64,000 bases of DNA from Thermoprotei archaeon (lineage in GTDB: Archaea; Thermoproteota; Thermoprotei; Gearchaeales; Gearchaeaceae). Location: contig JAFMCU010000001.1 of NCBI GenBank assembly GCA_017857595.1, forward strand, positions 10,497 through 74,496, in the 5' to 3' direction. Within the stretch, counting starts at the first letter, position 1; the number at the start of each line of letters is the position of its first letter. The notes beneath the pieces are model-generated. The model saw only the letters and a program-made list of their open reading frames with translations, was not told the DNA's origin and made no database searches. Below, piece by piece: positions 1 to 10,097 of this stretch. The translations under genes were made by a program, and so were the position numbers.

Positions 1-120
1 TAATTTAAAATAGCTTATCAAAAAAGGAGATATAGCAATTGTAATAAAACCAAAAATTAAAATTAACAAACCAGCTATTAATGTTAAAATTACAGCTGAA
101 GTTGGTTTATCATTTATCAT
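1..120 (-). CDS. partial CDS: N-terminal ~40 codons of a small hydrophobic/membrane protein that continues past the left window edge
   Basis: Minus-strand ATG at 120 with the frame open to position 1. My own translation reads MINDKPTSAVILTLIAGLLILIFGFITIAISPFLISYFKL, which is one clear TM helix. Too short for the ORF track. Confidence 0.3.
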   Translation of the reverse strand, partial: MINDKPTSAVILTLIAGLLILIFGFITIAISPFLISYFKL

Positions 121-141
121 ATAATTAGAACACTTATTTCA

Positions 142-1251
142 TTATTTATATTCTATTTTATCTAATCTCCTCATTGCAAGCACTTTTAGTTCGTTTCTTA
201 TATTTGCTCTTTTAATAGCATCTCTTAGAATGCTTATTGAATTTTCATAAACCTTTTTATTTACCGGGTAGGGCACTCCGTCTTTTCCACCATGTGCAAA
301 TGTGTATTTAATAGGATCTCTCCATGAAGCTGGTGAACCATATATTATTTCTGAAATCAATGCCAACGCTCTTATTGTATTTTTTCCTATTCCTTCAAAT
401 TCTACTAGTTGAATGTAATCTGAAGGATTATGTTCATGTAATTTCCTTATAGCGTCCCAATTTACATATTTAGGCATTCTGTATCGGTTAATTAAATTCA
501 AATTCTTACCACCTAACCAGCTATCTAAAGGACCTACAATTAATTGTTTATAATCTTTTTTTATTTTATCAACACCACTCTTGATCAATTCCAATGTAAC
601 TTTTCTATTATCTTCGGAGTATTTAGAAGTCATATTAAGCACGTTTTCATGTTTTACATTTCCAATAATTCCTGCATGAGGATCTGATAAAAATTCAGTT
701 ATGTTTTCAGAAAACCAATGATATCTTCTTGCATATTTAATCTCAACATTCATACCTTGTTGAATAATTGCCCAATTCTTTTTCTCGTCTACAAAAATAG
801 CGTGATGATATAAGTCATATCCATCTTGAACTAAATTATTATCTATCTTTGCAACCAATTTACTTATTCTCTTAAAATATTCGGCTTTATCTTCCAAATT
901 TATTTTCTTCAATAATATTTCTAGTTCGTTTGGTGTATTTTTAGATGTATTCCCTTTACCACCAGCAACTATAATTCCAAATTCAGAATTGTTTATTGCA
1001 GTTTTTAATACACCCGTTACAACAGTTGTAACACCTGAAGAATGCCAATCATATCCTAGCACACATCCAAGTGATTGAAACCAAAGAGGGTCAGATAATC
1101 TTTTCATGAATTCATTTGTTCCATATTCTTCGACAATTATTTGAGTTATCTCTTTGCTTAAGTCTAGCATTAAACGAATTAACCATTGTGGAGCATGACC
1201 TGTATGTAATGGTAAATCAATTTCGTTTCTTTTGAAATTAATAATATTCAT
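142..1251 (-). CDS. DUF763-family protein (conserved, function unknown)
   Basis: 369 aa. The N-terminal LPLHTGHAPQWL ... WFQSLGCVLGYDWHSSGVTT pattern matches my recollection of DUF763 proteins. No catalytic assignment is possible. Confidence 0.55.
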   Translation of the reverse strand: MNIINFKRNEIDLPLHTGHAPQWLIRLMLDLSKEITQIIVEEYGTNEFMKRLSDPLWFQSLGCVLGYDWHSSGVTTVVTGVLKTAINNSEFGIIVAGGKGNTSKNTPNELEILLKKINLEDKAEYFKRISKLVAKIDNNLVQDGYDLYHHAIFVDEKKNWAIIQQGMNVEIKYARRYHWFSENITEFLSDPHAGIIGNVKHENVLNMTSKYSEDNRKVTLELIKSGVDKIKKDYKQLIVGPLDSWLGGKNLNLINRYRMPKYVNWDAIRKLHEHNPSDYIQLVEFEGIGKNTIRALALISEIIYGSPASWRDPIKYTFAHGGKDGVPYPVNKKVYENSISILRDAIKRANIRNELKVLAMRRLDKIEYK

Positions 1252-1289
1252 TTTGATTTGAATTTACTGTTTAAAATATTATTTTCAAT

Positions 1290-2777
1290 TTATTTAAAAA
1301 TAGAACCAAATTTTTCTCTTTGTAATTCAGCAATTTTTTCTAGATTTCTAAATAAATTTTCTAATTTTTCATTGATTTCTGATTTATCTTTAACAACTTC
1401 ATCTATTAGCTTATAAATATATTTTGTTCCCATTCCTGCCCTATCAATTCCTCTTAAATTTAATGCTTCATAAGAACAATATGCTTCTATTGCTAAATTG
1501 ACTTTAAGGTTTTCTAATGATTTTTTAAGCAAACTTATTCCATTTCCAGACATACTTGAAAAATCTTCTTGATCTGCACTTGTAGGTATGGAATTAAAAG
1601 AAGAAGGTTGGGCTAGCAATTTACATTGGTTGGCATGATATGCAGACAAGTACTGTAAAAGCATTAATCCTGAGCTTTCTTCAGATTTGGCTAGAAATGG
1701 AGGTAGACCTTTATTTAAATTAGGATTAAGAATTCTATTTATTTTTCTTTCTATCAATGATGATAAGGCAGCTATTGTTATTCTTAGTATATCACAATCA
1801 AAGGATAAAAGCTGAGCATGAAAATTTCCAGCATTATATATCATTCCTTTTTCCAAAATAACAACAGGATTTCCTGAGTAAGAATTCATCTCGTTAATAA
1901 CATGTTCTTCGACTATCTCTATGTAGTTTCTTATTGAACCTATGATTTGCGGTAAGCAACGAATTGAGTATGGATCTTGTGTGTTTTTATCAACATTTAT
2001 TAACTTACTATTTTCAATAAGTTTGAAAAGATACAACCCTACTTTTACTTGAGAGTCGAACCTTTTTACAGATAAAGCATCTTTTGTAAATTCAGACGAA
2101 TTTGATAAAAGCGCTTCAGCTGTTAAGGCTGAAATTCCGCAGGATAAATCTAATAGCTTTTTGTACAATTCAATGTATACAGCTAAAGATGCAGTAGTAA
2201 ATGCTGTGGAATTAATTAATGATATAGCTTCACCTATATCCAAATCATACTTTCCAAATATTTTCTCACCTTTCAATATTCTTTTACCATCAGAAAAATT
2301 GCCATTACCTATTATGCATTGTGCTAAACTTGCTAATGGAATCAAGTCTCCACTAGCCCCTAAACTACCTTCTTCATGAATCAATGGAAAGTACTTACTG
2401 TTAGCTATTTCAAGCAATCTATTCAATGTTTCAATTTTAATAAAACTGTTGCCTTTAGCAAGTTGGTTTGTAAGAATTAAAATTGTTGCCTTAGCTATTT
2501 CTTTATCTACGAATTTTCCAAAACCTATAGCATGTTCTTCTATTATTAACTTCTCTTTCTCTTTAGATGCTCTAACTTTGGATTTTACTAATGCACCTAA
2601 ACCTGTATTTATTCCATAAATAGGTAAACCTCTTTTTAGGTATTCCTTAATAAGATTCCTATTTTCTTTTAATTTATTTGCTACCTTATTTGAAATCTTT
2701 ATGCTATAATTTTCATATAAATATTTATTCAGTTTTTCAAGCGTTAATGTATCTCCATCAAGAATTATTGTATTCAT
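1290..2777 (-). CDS. hutH: histidine ammonia-lyase family enzyme (MIO-dependent aromatic amino acid lyase)
   Basis: 495 aa. GSLGASGDLIPLA contains the Ala-Ser-Gly triad that forms the MIO cofactor. YGINTGLG lies near the N-terminus, and EEHAIGFG keeps the His typical of HAL rather than PAL/TAL. Confidence 0.8.
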   Translation of the reverse strand: MNTIILDGDTLTLEKLNKYLYENYSIKISNKVANKLKENRNLIKEYLKRGLPIYGINTGLGALVKSKVRASKEKEKLIIEEHAIGFGKFVDKEIAKATILILTNQLAKGNSFIKIETLNRLLEIANSKYFPLIHEEGSLGASGDLIPLASLAQCIIGNGNFSDGKRILKGEKIFGKYDLDIGEAISLINSTAFTTASLAVYIELYKKLLDLSCGISALTAEALLSNSSEFTKDALSVKRFDSQVKVGLYLFKLIENSKLINVDKNTQDPYSIRCLPQIIGSIRNYIEIVEEHVINEMNSYSGNPVVILEKGMIYNAGNFHAQLLSFDCDILRITIAALSSLIERKINRILNPNLNKGLPPFLAKSEESSGLMLLQYLSAYHANQCKLLAQPSSFNSIPTSADQEDFSSMSGNGISLLKKSLENLKVNLAIEAYCSYEALNLRGIDRAGMGTKYIYKLIDEVVKDKSEINEKLENLFRNLEKIAELQREKFGSIFK

Positions 2778-2847
2778 ATAAAAGAATTTATTATTTATTT
2801 ATTTATTTAAATTAGAAATCTTTATATTTTCTATTCTAGTCTTTTCT

Positions 2848-4209
2848 TTATCTTAAGAAAAATTTCTCATATTCCTTTATGTACTCCACACTTTCTTTAA
2901 CACTTAAAAACAACTTTTTAACATGCTCTACATCCTCTTTTGTTATTGCATTTCTACCATTTTCCTTTGCCTTCATTAAAGCCGGTGATAGAAGCTGAAC
3001 AGCGTATCTTAAGCTATGATTTACTCCTATTTGGGTTAAATAATCTAATGCATCTTCTCCTAAATCTATCTTTTCTTCTTTAGCTCTGATTTTTATAATT
3101 TCTCTAATTTCATCTGCACTATAAGGTCTCGTTCTTATAATGATTAACCTATCCAGCATATCTAAAGGTATACCATGAGGTGCTTCAACATCAGTTCCTC
3201 TAATCTTTGTAAATCCACGATTTGTTGCAAAAACAAGTATCGGTGTTAGTTCACCTTCCATTGCTCTTGATAAAAATGCCCACGTTTCTATATCCAACAT
3301 GTGTGCGTCATCTATAAACATAACACCTGGTATTAATTCCCCCTTTCCTTCTTTTATTGTCTTTTCAGCAAATTCATCTACTGCTTTTCTTACTTCCATA
3401 GGTATTTCTTTTTCTTCTCCTGCACTACCAAACATTATCATGCTTAATAATCCTTGTTGTTTTGCATTTAATGTATCAAGGTCATGTAATGTAAAGTATC
3501 TAGTTATTTCTTTATCCTTATAAACTGGGCCAGAAGGTATTTCAAGCTTTTTTCTAACGTATATATCATATGTTTCACCACCTTCTTCTTCAGCTTTACC
3601 TTGAACAAAAACTCTACCCGTTTCTTCATCTATCCAAATTACATCACCCGTATCTATATTTTGTTCTGCAAGTTGTTGTGCTATTTCATAAGGAACTCTT
3701 AAAGTCTTTTCTTCTTGTTTCGTTCTTAATGTAATTGTGGCAGCTACTGGAACTTGTGCATAAGGATTGTAAGGATTTTTGCCAAATCTATAGTCTATTT
3801 TTTTAACAACGCCCTCATACACTTTCCTTAATTCTCTTATCCTTAATCCAATACCTCTTCTTAAAGTTCTTGTTAAAAATTCTGTTTTCTTAATTTCTAA
3901 GCTAAATACTTCTGCAGCAGAAAATTGAACGAATGGTGTATCATAGCCTAACTCCTTTGCTATACCTAAAGCTAAAGCTGTTTTTCCTGTTCCAGAAGGT
4001 CCAACAAATAGAACACCTTTACCTCCGAATCTACCTTCTTTAATAAGCTTTGTAACATAATAGGCAGCTTCTCTTGCTTCCACTTGACCAACAAAACCGT
4101 CTGCAGCAAATGCAACTTTTCCATCTCTAATTCCAAGACCTTTGATGTGACTATGGATTGAACTTCGTTCAATTTTAGGACCGACTTCTTCAATTTTAAT
4201 GGACATCAA
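2848..4209 (-). CDS. TIP49 / RuvB-like (Pontin/Reptin-type) AAA+ ATPase
   Basis: 453 aa. HSHIKGLG N-terminal signature, Walker A GPSGTGKT, and a long insertion domain between Walker A and B as in RuvBL1/2. The Walker B region reads FIDDAHMLD where eukaryotic proteins have DEVH. Confidence 0.85.
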   Translation of the reverse strand: MMSIKIEEVGPKIERSSIHSHIKGLGIRDGKVAFAADGFVGQVEAREAAYYVTKLIKEGRFGGKGVLFVGPSGTGKTALALGIAKELGYDTPFVQFSAAEVFSLEIKKTEFLTRTLRRGIGLRIRELRKVYEGVVKKIDYRFGKNPYNPYAQVPVAATITLRTKQEEKTLRVPYEIAQQLAEQNIDTGDVIWIDEETGRVFVQGKAEEEGGETYDIYVRKKLEIPSGPVYKDKEITRYFTLHDLDTLNAKQQGLLSMIMFGSAGEEKEIPMEVRKAVDEFAEKTIKEGKGELIPGVMFIDDAHMLDIETWAFLSRAMEGELTPILVFATNRGFTKIRGTDVEAPHGIPLDMLDRLIIIRTRPYSADEIREIIKIRAKEEKIDLGEDALDYLTQIGVNHSLRYAVQLLSPALMKAKENGRNAITKEDVEHVKKLFLSVKESVEYIKEYEKFFLR

Positions 4210-4302
4210 ATTAAATCAGTTAATTTTCTAACTAATATTTTTTATGCATAAAATAAAAAATAATTGAATAAAATTATTCAAATTTTTAAAAATATTTTAT
4301 CT

Positions 4303-4659
4303 TTATCTTCTTAATTTTTCTTCTATTAGTTCTTTTAATACTGTAGCATTATTCATTCTTGTTTCTTTTGAAGAATAAAGAAGAGTTACAATTGGATGTT
4401 TAGAAATTTGATTAAGAAATTCATTGAATTTTGGGTTAATTTCTAGTTCTTCACGATATTTTCTTTTAAATTCTTCCCATTTGCTAGGATCATGCGAATA
4501 CCACTTCCTTAATTCATTAGAAGGAGCTATCTCCTTAGCCCAAAGATCTATTCTCAATTCTTCTTTTTTTATACCCCTTGGCCATAAACGATCAGCTAAC
4601 ACTCTAAAGCCATCTTCTTCTGAATAATTATCGTATACCTTTTTCGTTTTTATATTCAT
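4303..4659 (-). CDS. DUF488-family protein
   Basis: 118 aa. [16 protein letters not shown] ... [19 protein letters not shown] is the typical DUF488 pattern. Confidence 0.7.
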   Translation of the reverse strand: MNIKTKKVYDNYSEEDGFRVLADRLWPRGIKKEELRIDLWAKEIAPSNELRKWYSHDPSKWEEFKRKYREELEINPKFNEFLNQISKHPIVTLLYSSKETRMNNATVLKELIEEKLRR

Positions 4660-4688
4660 GCTTTTTTAATATTCTATCCTATTTATAT

Positions 4689-5255
4689 TTATTTGAATAT
4701 CCTAATTACTATCAAATAAACAATGATTATTGTCAAAGATATGAATAAAGAAAATGTTAAAATTGAATTTACTATTGTTATTTTAGGAGTAATGTATAAT
4801 AATGGTATAATTATGACAAATATGATTGATATTAGAATAATTTCATCTAAAATCTTCTTTTTAAAATTCTTAAAATAATCATTTATATTTATATTTTTGG
4901 TTCTAATCATATTCATGATTGAGTATTTATCATTAGCTATATAAGAAAATAGATCAAATGATATGAATAGTATTGTAAAAATACTATACATAAGAAGAAG
5001 AAATTTGATTAAATCAAACAACATAAAAAAGATTGGCAATATTAATAAGAAAAAGCTAATTTTTAAAGGGAATGGTTCTTTAATGTACCATCCAATGAAG
5101 TAAAAAATAACAGATAAAAGTAGTAAAACAACTATTACAATAATGTAATCTTCAAAGTATAAGAGTGAAATAAGTAAAGAAGTAACGATGTATGTTATCC
5201 AAATAATTAAATCTAAGTTTACTAGTATTAATAGGCTCTTCGATACCGTTTCCAT
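4689..5255 (-). CDS. polytopic membrane protein, last gene of the MoxR module
   Basis: 188 aa, almost entirely hydrophobic helices. Its start overlaps the DUF58 gene end by 28 nt. Confidence 0.5.
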   Translation of the reverse strand: METVSKSLLILVNLDLIIWITYIVTSLLISLLYFEDYIIVIVVLLLLSVIFYFIGWYIKEPFPLKISFFLLILPIFFMLFDLIKFLLLMYSIFTILFISFDLFSYIANDKYSIMNMIRTKNININDYFKNFKKKILDEIILISIIFVIIIPLLYITPKITIVNSILTFSLFISLTIIIVYLIVIRIFK

Positions 5256-6508
5256 ATTTCCATATTTCTCTCTAATTCAATATCTATAGGAATGTTCACA
5301 TTCCAATCAACTACATAGCAATATTTTGCAAGCTTGGAAATTAAGGTTTTCCTCTCAATTTTTAAATAATTTCTAATCACATCATCGTATTGAGTTGATC
5401 CAAAATTTAATAAATTTAATACCGAAGGAATAATGACTGTTAATTGATACCCTTGTCTGACTAAATCTATAATTGAAAGAATGCTTGCATCGTCAATTGC
5501 AGGTGTTATAACAATTAGATGCATATTGATAGGGAATATCAAAGGAATGTAATACCTTAAAAGTCTTATATCAAGATTATTACCGGATTTTGCATCCAAT
5601 GCAACAGAAAGAATTTTACTAAATTGTTTTTTTCCAAAACTAGGCGACAATCTGTATAATTTATCGCCTATTATTAATATACCTATCCTAAATCTATCTT
5701 TCAATAATCTATAAGCTACAAGAAGTGTTGTTTTAATTTCCAATTCAAGAAGATTAAAATTAATATTTTCAATATTATTGATACTGCGGAAGTCTACAAT
5801 AATAACAAATTCTGTTCCAACTTCTTTATGATAAGCGTTTTTCATTATTTTTCCCGTTCTTGCAATAGCTTTCCAATTAATCCTTTTTATATCTGTTGAT
5901 TCTTCCTGTTCAATAACACCATAAAACTCATTACCAATTCCCATTTTCTTTGCGACAATCTCTCCTGGCCAAAATTTTAGATGTTTTGGTAAAAATGAAA
6001 TTTTCCTTAATAGTTGTACTTGAGGTGATATCTTAATTTCTTGTTTATTATCAAATATTAGATTATCTTTACTTATACCGAATCTATTAAATACAACTAA
6101 ATTTATAGGACCAACAAAATACTTGCCTACCTTTTTTATTAGAATGGAATATCTGAAACATTTTATTTCAAAAGGTTCCAATGACGTAACAATTTTATTG
6201 GTACCCTTTATTATTTTAGAATCATCAGGTAATAAATCTTCTAATATCAATCTTTCTAATCTTTTGCTTCCTTCATTCATGACTTTAAGTTCCACATCAA
6301 TTTGTGTACCTTCACTAAAGATTTCTTCCTGAATTTCTCTTGTAACTTTAATTTTAGGTTGATCATCCATAAAAGTTACTAATGCTATTACCAAGTATAA
6401 GAAGGGAAAAAGTGAAAGCAAATAGAATCTAGGATCATTAGAAGCTGCTCCCAAAATGATAAGAATTACAATCGATGAAATTATTGTGAATCCTTTAAGT
6501 GTAAGCAT
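5228..6508 (-). CDS. DUF58-domain protein (vWA-like partner of MoxR ATPases) with N-terminal TM helices
   Basis: 426 aa with two N-terminal TM segments. The central RINWKAIARTGKIMKNAYHKEVGTEFVIIVDFRS resembles the DUF58 core. Its start overlaps the moxR stop by 1 nt. Confidence 0.7.
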   Translation of the reverse strand: MLTLKGFTIISSIVILIILGAASNDPRFYLLSLFPFLYLVIALVTFMDDQPKIKVTREIQEEIFSEGTQIDVELKVMNEGSKRLERLILEDLLPDDSKIIKGTNKIVTSLEPFEIKCFRYSILIKKVGKYFVGPINLVVFNRFGISKDNLIFDNKQEIKISPQVQLLRKISFLPKHLKFWPGEIVAKKMGIGNEFYGVIEQEESTDIKRINWKAIARTGKIMKNAYHKEVGTEFVIIVDFRSINNIENINFNLLELEIKTTLLVAYRLLKDRFRIGILIIGDKLYRLSPSFGKKQFSKILSVALDAKSGNNLDIRLLRYYIPLIFPINMHLIVITPAIDDASILSIIDLVRQGYQLTVIIPSVLNLLNFGSTQYDDVIRNYLKIERKTLISKLAKYCYVVDWNVNIPIDIELERNMEIWKRYRRAY

Positions 6509-7467
6509 TAAACTTTTGGAACAGGAAGTTCATTTAAAATTCTAAGGATTATTTCATCATTCTTTATTCCTTTCAACCAGAATTCTGGCTTCAAAATTAA
6601 TCTGTGCCTTAATGCTGGGATTGCAACATACTTAACATCATCAGGCAACACGAATTTTCTTCCTTCAATTAATGCCTTTGCTCTTGCCAGCTTTAGAATA
6701 GCCAAAGACCCTCTCACGCTTGCACCAACTTCTACTTCAGGACTCTTCCTTGTGTATTGAACAATGGCAGCGATGTATCTTTTTATATCATCAGAGACAT
6801 AAACTTCCTCTGCTAATGATTGAAGATATATTAAGTCTTCTTTACTTGCTACTGGGTTAACATCTACATCATCTTTTTTTCTATCTACTCTCCTTCTTAG
6901 TATTTCCACTTCTTCATCAATTGTGGGATAACCTATACTAATCTTCATTATGAATCTATCCAATTCTGCTTCTGGCAGCGGATAAGTTCCCTCGTATTCA
7001 ATTGGATTCTGAGTAGCTAGAACTATAAAAGGTTTTTCTAAGAAAAATGTTTGCCGTTCCACAGTTACTTGCCTTTCTTGCATCGCTTCAAGTAAAGCAG
7101 ATTGTGTTCTTGGAGGGGCCCTATTTATTTCATCAGCTAAAATTATATTTGCAAATATTGGACCTTTTCTAAATTCAAATTGGGAAGTAACTCTATTTAA
7201 AATATAGCTACCTGTTATGTCTGATGGTAGCATGTCAGAAGTGAATTGAATCCTTTTAAAATCTAAATTAAAAGCTTTTGCAAATGATTTAGCCATAAGT
7301 GTTTTTGCTAAACCAGGATAATCTTCAATTAGTATATGTGAGCCAGCAATCATTCCCATTAAGATTAATTCCATTACATCCTTTTTTCCAACAATAACCT
7401 TAGAAACTTCATCTAATATTGCCTTAGGCAAATATTTCTCTTTCTCTTCCACTTTTGTATTCCTCAT
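6508..7467 (-). CDS. MoxR-family AAA+ ATPase
   Basis: 319 aa. Walker A-like PGLAKT, Walker B ILADEINRAPPRTQSALLEAMQE, and C-terminal VRGSLAILKLARAKA, all typical of MoxR. Confidence 0.9.
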   Translation of the reverse strand: MRNTKVEEKEKYLPKAILDEVSKVIVGKKDVMELILMGMIAGSHILIEDYPGLAKTLMAKSFAKAFNLDFKRIQFTSDMLPSDITGSYILNRVTSQFEFRKGPIFANIILADEINRAPPRTQSALLEAMQERQVTVERQTFFLEKPFIVLATQNPIEYEGTYPLPEAELDRFIMKISIGYPTIDEEVEILRRRVDRKKDDVDVNPVASKEDLIYLQSLAEEVYVSDDIKRYIAAIVQYTRKSPEVEVGASVRGSLAILKLARAKALIEGRKFVLPDDVKYVAIPALRHRLILKPEFWLKGIKNDEIILRILNELPVPKV

Positions 7468-7943
7468 TATATTAAATTCTTAAACATTAAAATGAATTTG
7501 TTTAGTGCATTTAAATATTCATCTTTATTCCTAAAATAATCAGGGTATTCATCAGGAAAAATTAGAGCAACAATATCTCTATCGTTTATAAAATTGTGAG
7601 CATTTTCCGATGATAATTTAATTCCTCTATTAGTTTCTAAAATATCCTTTAATTTATAACTAAGCATTTTCCTTGATATCAAAGATCCTTCAATCGCATT
7701 TTTAATCATCTTTATTTCTCTAGATATTGCATCTTCAGAAATAACAAAATTTTTGTTTATTCTCTGGTTTGATTTTAAAAATTTTGATGATATATATATT
7801 AGCAAAAAAGCCTCGAATGCAGATATAAATAAAATTAAGAAATAAGCTGCATCTAAAGATATTTGAATAAATGATACAGAAATTGATAATATAATTAGAA
7901 TTCCTATTAAAATGTTAAATTTTATTATGGTTCTATCATCCAT
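7467..7943 (-). CDS. small membrane protein (2 TM plus soluble tail), MoxR module
   Basis: 158 aa. Its stop overlaps the moxR start by 1 nt and its start overlaps the upstream gene by 8 nt. No recognisable domain. Confidence 0.5.
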   Translation of the reverse strand: MDDRTIIKFNILIGILIILSISVSFIQISLDAAYFLILFISAFEAFLLIYISSKFLKSNQRINKNFVISEDAISREIKMIKNAIEGSLISRKMLSYKLKDILETNRGIKLSSENAHNFINDRDIVALIFPDEYPDYFRNKDEYLNALNKFILMFKNLI

Positions 7944-8799
7944 TTTTTAAATCATTTAGAATGCAATTAAGTAAAAATGATGCTTTATCAGCATCTCTTT
8001 CTTCAATATTTTCCAAACTATATCTTGCTTTTTCAAACATTATAGTAAGGTCATGTAAATAGTTCGAATTATACCCTAGTAGCTTTTGTATATATATTTC
8101 AAATTCTCTTGCAGTATAATGCTTCGGATTATTGATACCCTTATTTTCTATAAATTCACAAAAAGACTTGTAACATTTTAATATATATTCTTTTGGAGAT
8201 TTGAATTTAAGTTCCGAATACTGTAAATTGAATTCTTCAATTTTATCTATAAACTCTTTTTTTATCTTTTCAACAACTGGTTTACTTTCTAAGATATTTT
8301 GCATTTTTAAATATCGAAGCAAATAAAATGATGAATAACCTAAAATAGCAATTATTGTAAGGAAAACAATAAGAAAGGTAACGGAATATAAATTAAATCC
8401 TGTAGTTAATACGCTGTTTGAGCTTGGGGTATTTAGGAATAATCTAGCACCAAAAATAAGAAAAATAATTATTAAAAGCATAGCAATCATTCTTGATACA
8501 AAATCTCTTCTTATTTCTCTACTTATAGTAATAAAAGTTAAGGTTATGCCTATAATAAAAATGAATATAATTATCAAAATAGTTGAAGGGATTATAGGAG
8601 GTGGAAGATTTATATTTTGTTGTGTAAAATTTGCTTGTGTAATATTTATTACAAAAATAGATTGAGGATTGACTTGCTTGCTTTGGTTTAGTTTAGAAGG
8701 CAAAAAATCGTAAGATAAATTTGTAAAAGATAAACTAATAATTAAAAATGAAAATAAAGGAATTGCTAATATAAGCATCACCCTAGATAGCCTATTCAC
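7936..8799 (-). CDS. membrane protein with C-terminal DUF4129-like domain, first gene of the MoxR module
   Basis: 287 aa with several TM helices. The C-terminal ...HYTAREFEIYIQKLL...FEKARYS... resembles DUF4129, a domain often found next to MoxR/DUF58. Confidence 0.5.
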   Translation of the reverse strand: MNRLSRVMLILAIPLFSFLIISLSFTNLSYDFLPSKLNQSKQVNPQSIFVINITQANFTQQNINLPPPIIPSTILIIIFIFIIGITLTFITISREIRRDFVSRMIAMLLIIIFLIFGARLFLNTPSSNSVLTTGFNLYSVTFLIVFLTIIAILGYSSFYLLRYLKMQNILESKPVVEKIKKEFIDKIEEFNLQYSELKFKSPKEYILKCYKSFCEFIENKGINNPKHYTAREFEIYIQKLLGYNSNYLHDLTIMFEKARYSLENIEERDADKASFLLNCILNDLKNG

Positions 8800-8894
8800 A
8801 AATTTAATAACATTCCATCAGATTTATCTTTATCTTCTATTTCTATTTTTTAATAAATTAAAATATAAATTTCTATTTTTTAAAATATTTTAAA

Positions 8895-10097
8895 ATGTCG
8901 GGCATTATAAAAAAATTTCCAAAGAATTTTAATCTAATGGTTTTGAATCTTTGCATATCAAGGTTGGGTACTTCTTATTTTGGTATTATAATAATATGGA
9001 TTACATTAGTTCAAACAAATTCAAGCTTTTATACTGGAATCGTTGCTTCAATGACAACAATTCCCTATTTTTTAAGCATTATAGTTAGCGCGATTGTGGA
9101 CAATACGAAAAGAAGGAAAATGATTGCATATCTAGCTAATATAGTTAAAATTCTTGTACCGTTAGCGGTTATTTCAAGCATATTTTTTTCAGATATTATT
9201 TTTAAGCTTCTGATCTTATCAATTGCAGCGTTTATATTAACATTAGGAGCAGATTTTTTAAGTGCAGTTAGAGCATCATGGGTTAAAATTTTTATAACGT
9301 CTGAACAAATGTTTAAGCAAGCTGTTTCATTTGTAGCTTCAGCTCAGACTATATTTCAAGTTTTAGGGTATGCTATTTCAGGTTTATTTTTAACTTATAA
9401 TTTTTATTTACCTAATCTATTTTTAATGTTAATCTTTTCATTGGGCTTAATACCTTTATTTCTAATAAAATATGATGAATCTTCTTTGGACATAAAAAAG
9501 CAAAGCCTAACTTCTGCTACATTAGAAACATTTTCTTTTATATTTAAAGAAGAAGCATTATTTCAAGTTATGTCATTCGTCTTAATTTTTAACGCTTTAT
9601 TTGTGATGAGTTCTATTTTTTATGCATCGCTTGTTTATTTTAATAATTTAAATTCAATTTACTTGAGCGGATTTTTCATAGCGCAAGTTTTGGGAATTTC
9701 ATTGGGTTCATTATTGCTCTCTAGAATTAAAGGTAAATCTGGAAGAATAACTTCAATATCTATGCTAGCTATAGGTTTAGCATATTTAACTTTGCCTTTC
9801 ATGCCAATTTTTTATCTTACATATATATCAGCAATATTTGCTGGCTTATTTTTTGGTATTGCATCATCCTTAACCTTAACACTTATAACAAAGCTATCAC
9901 CAGTTAATATATTAGCAAGAGTACAAGGCTTTTTAAATACCTTTGTTATTGCAATAAGTTTTATTGGTGATATTTTATCAGGTTATATAGTTCAACTTAC
10001 TTCAGTAAACATTAGTTTCATGTTGCTTGGACTTTCTTTTATTATTATCTCTCCCCTTGTGTTTTTTTTCAGAAAGCTTAGTAGTATAGAAGTATAG
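8895..10097 (+). CDS. MFS transporter
   Basis: 400 aa with about 12 predicted TM helices and an MFS-like loop DNTKRRKM after TM2. Confidence 0.7.
   Translation: MSGIIKKFPKNFNLMVLNLCISRLGTSYFGIIIIWITLVQTNSSFYTGIVASMTTIPYFLSIIVSAIVDNTKRRKMIAYLANIVKILVPLAVISSIFFSDIIFKLLILSIAAFILTLGADFLSAVRASWVKIFITSEQMFKQAVSFVASAQTIFQVLGYAISGLFLTYNFYLPNLFLMLIFSLGLIPLFLIKYDESSLDIKKQSLTSATLETFSFIFKEEALFQVMSFVLIFNALFVMSSIFYASLVYFNNLNSIYLSGFFIAQVLGISLGSLLLSRIKGKSGRITSISMLAIGLAYLTLPFMPIFYLTYISAIFAGLFFGIASSLTLTLITKLSPVNILARVQGFLNTFVIAISFIGDILSGYIVQLTSVNISFMLLGLSFIIISPLVFFFRKLSSIEV

Noticed and set aside
3972-4193. 73-aa same-strand alternative-frame ORF within the TIP49 gene
   Set aside because: It is embedded out of frame in the conserved Walker A region of TIP49, and there is no evidence for overlapping coding.
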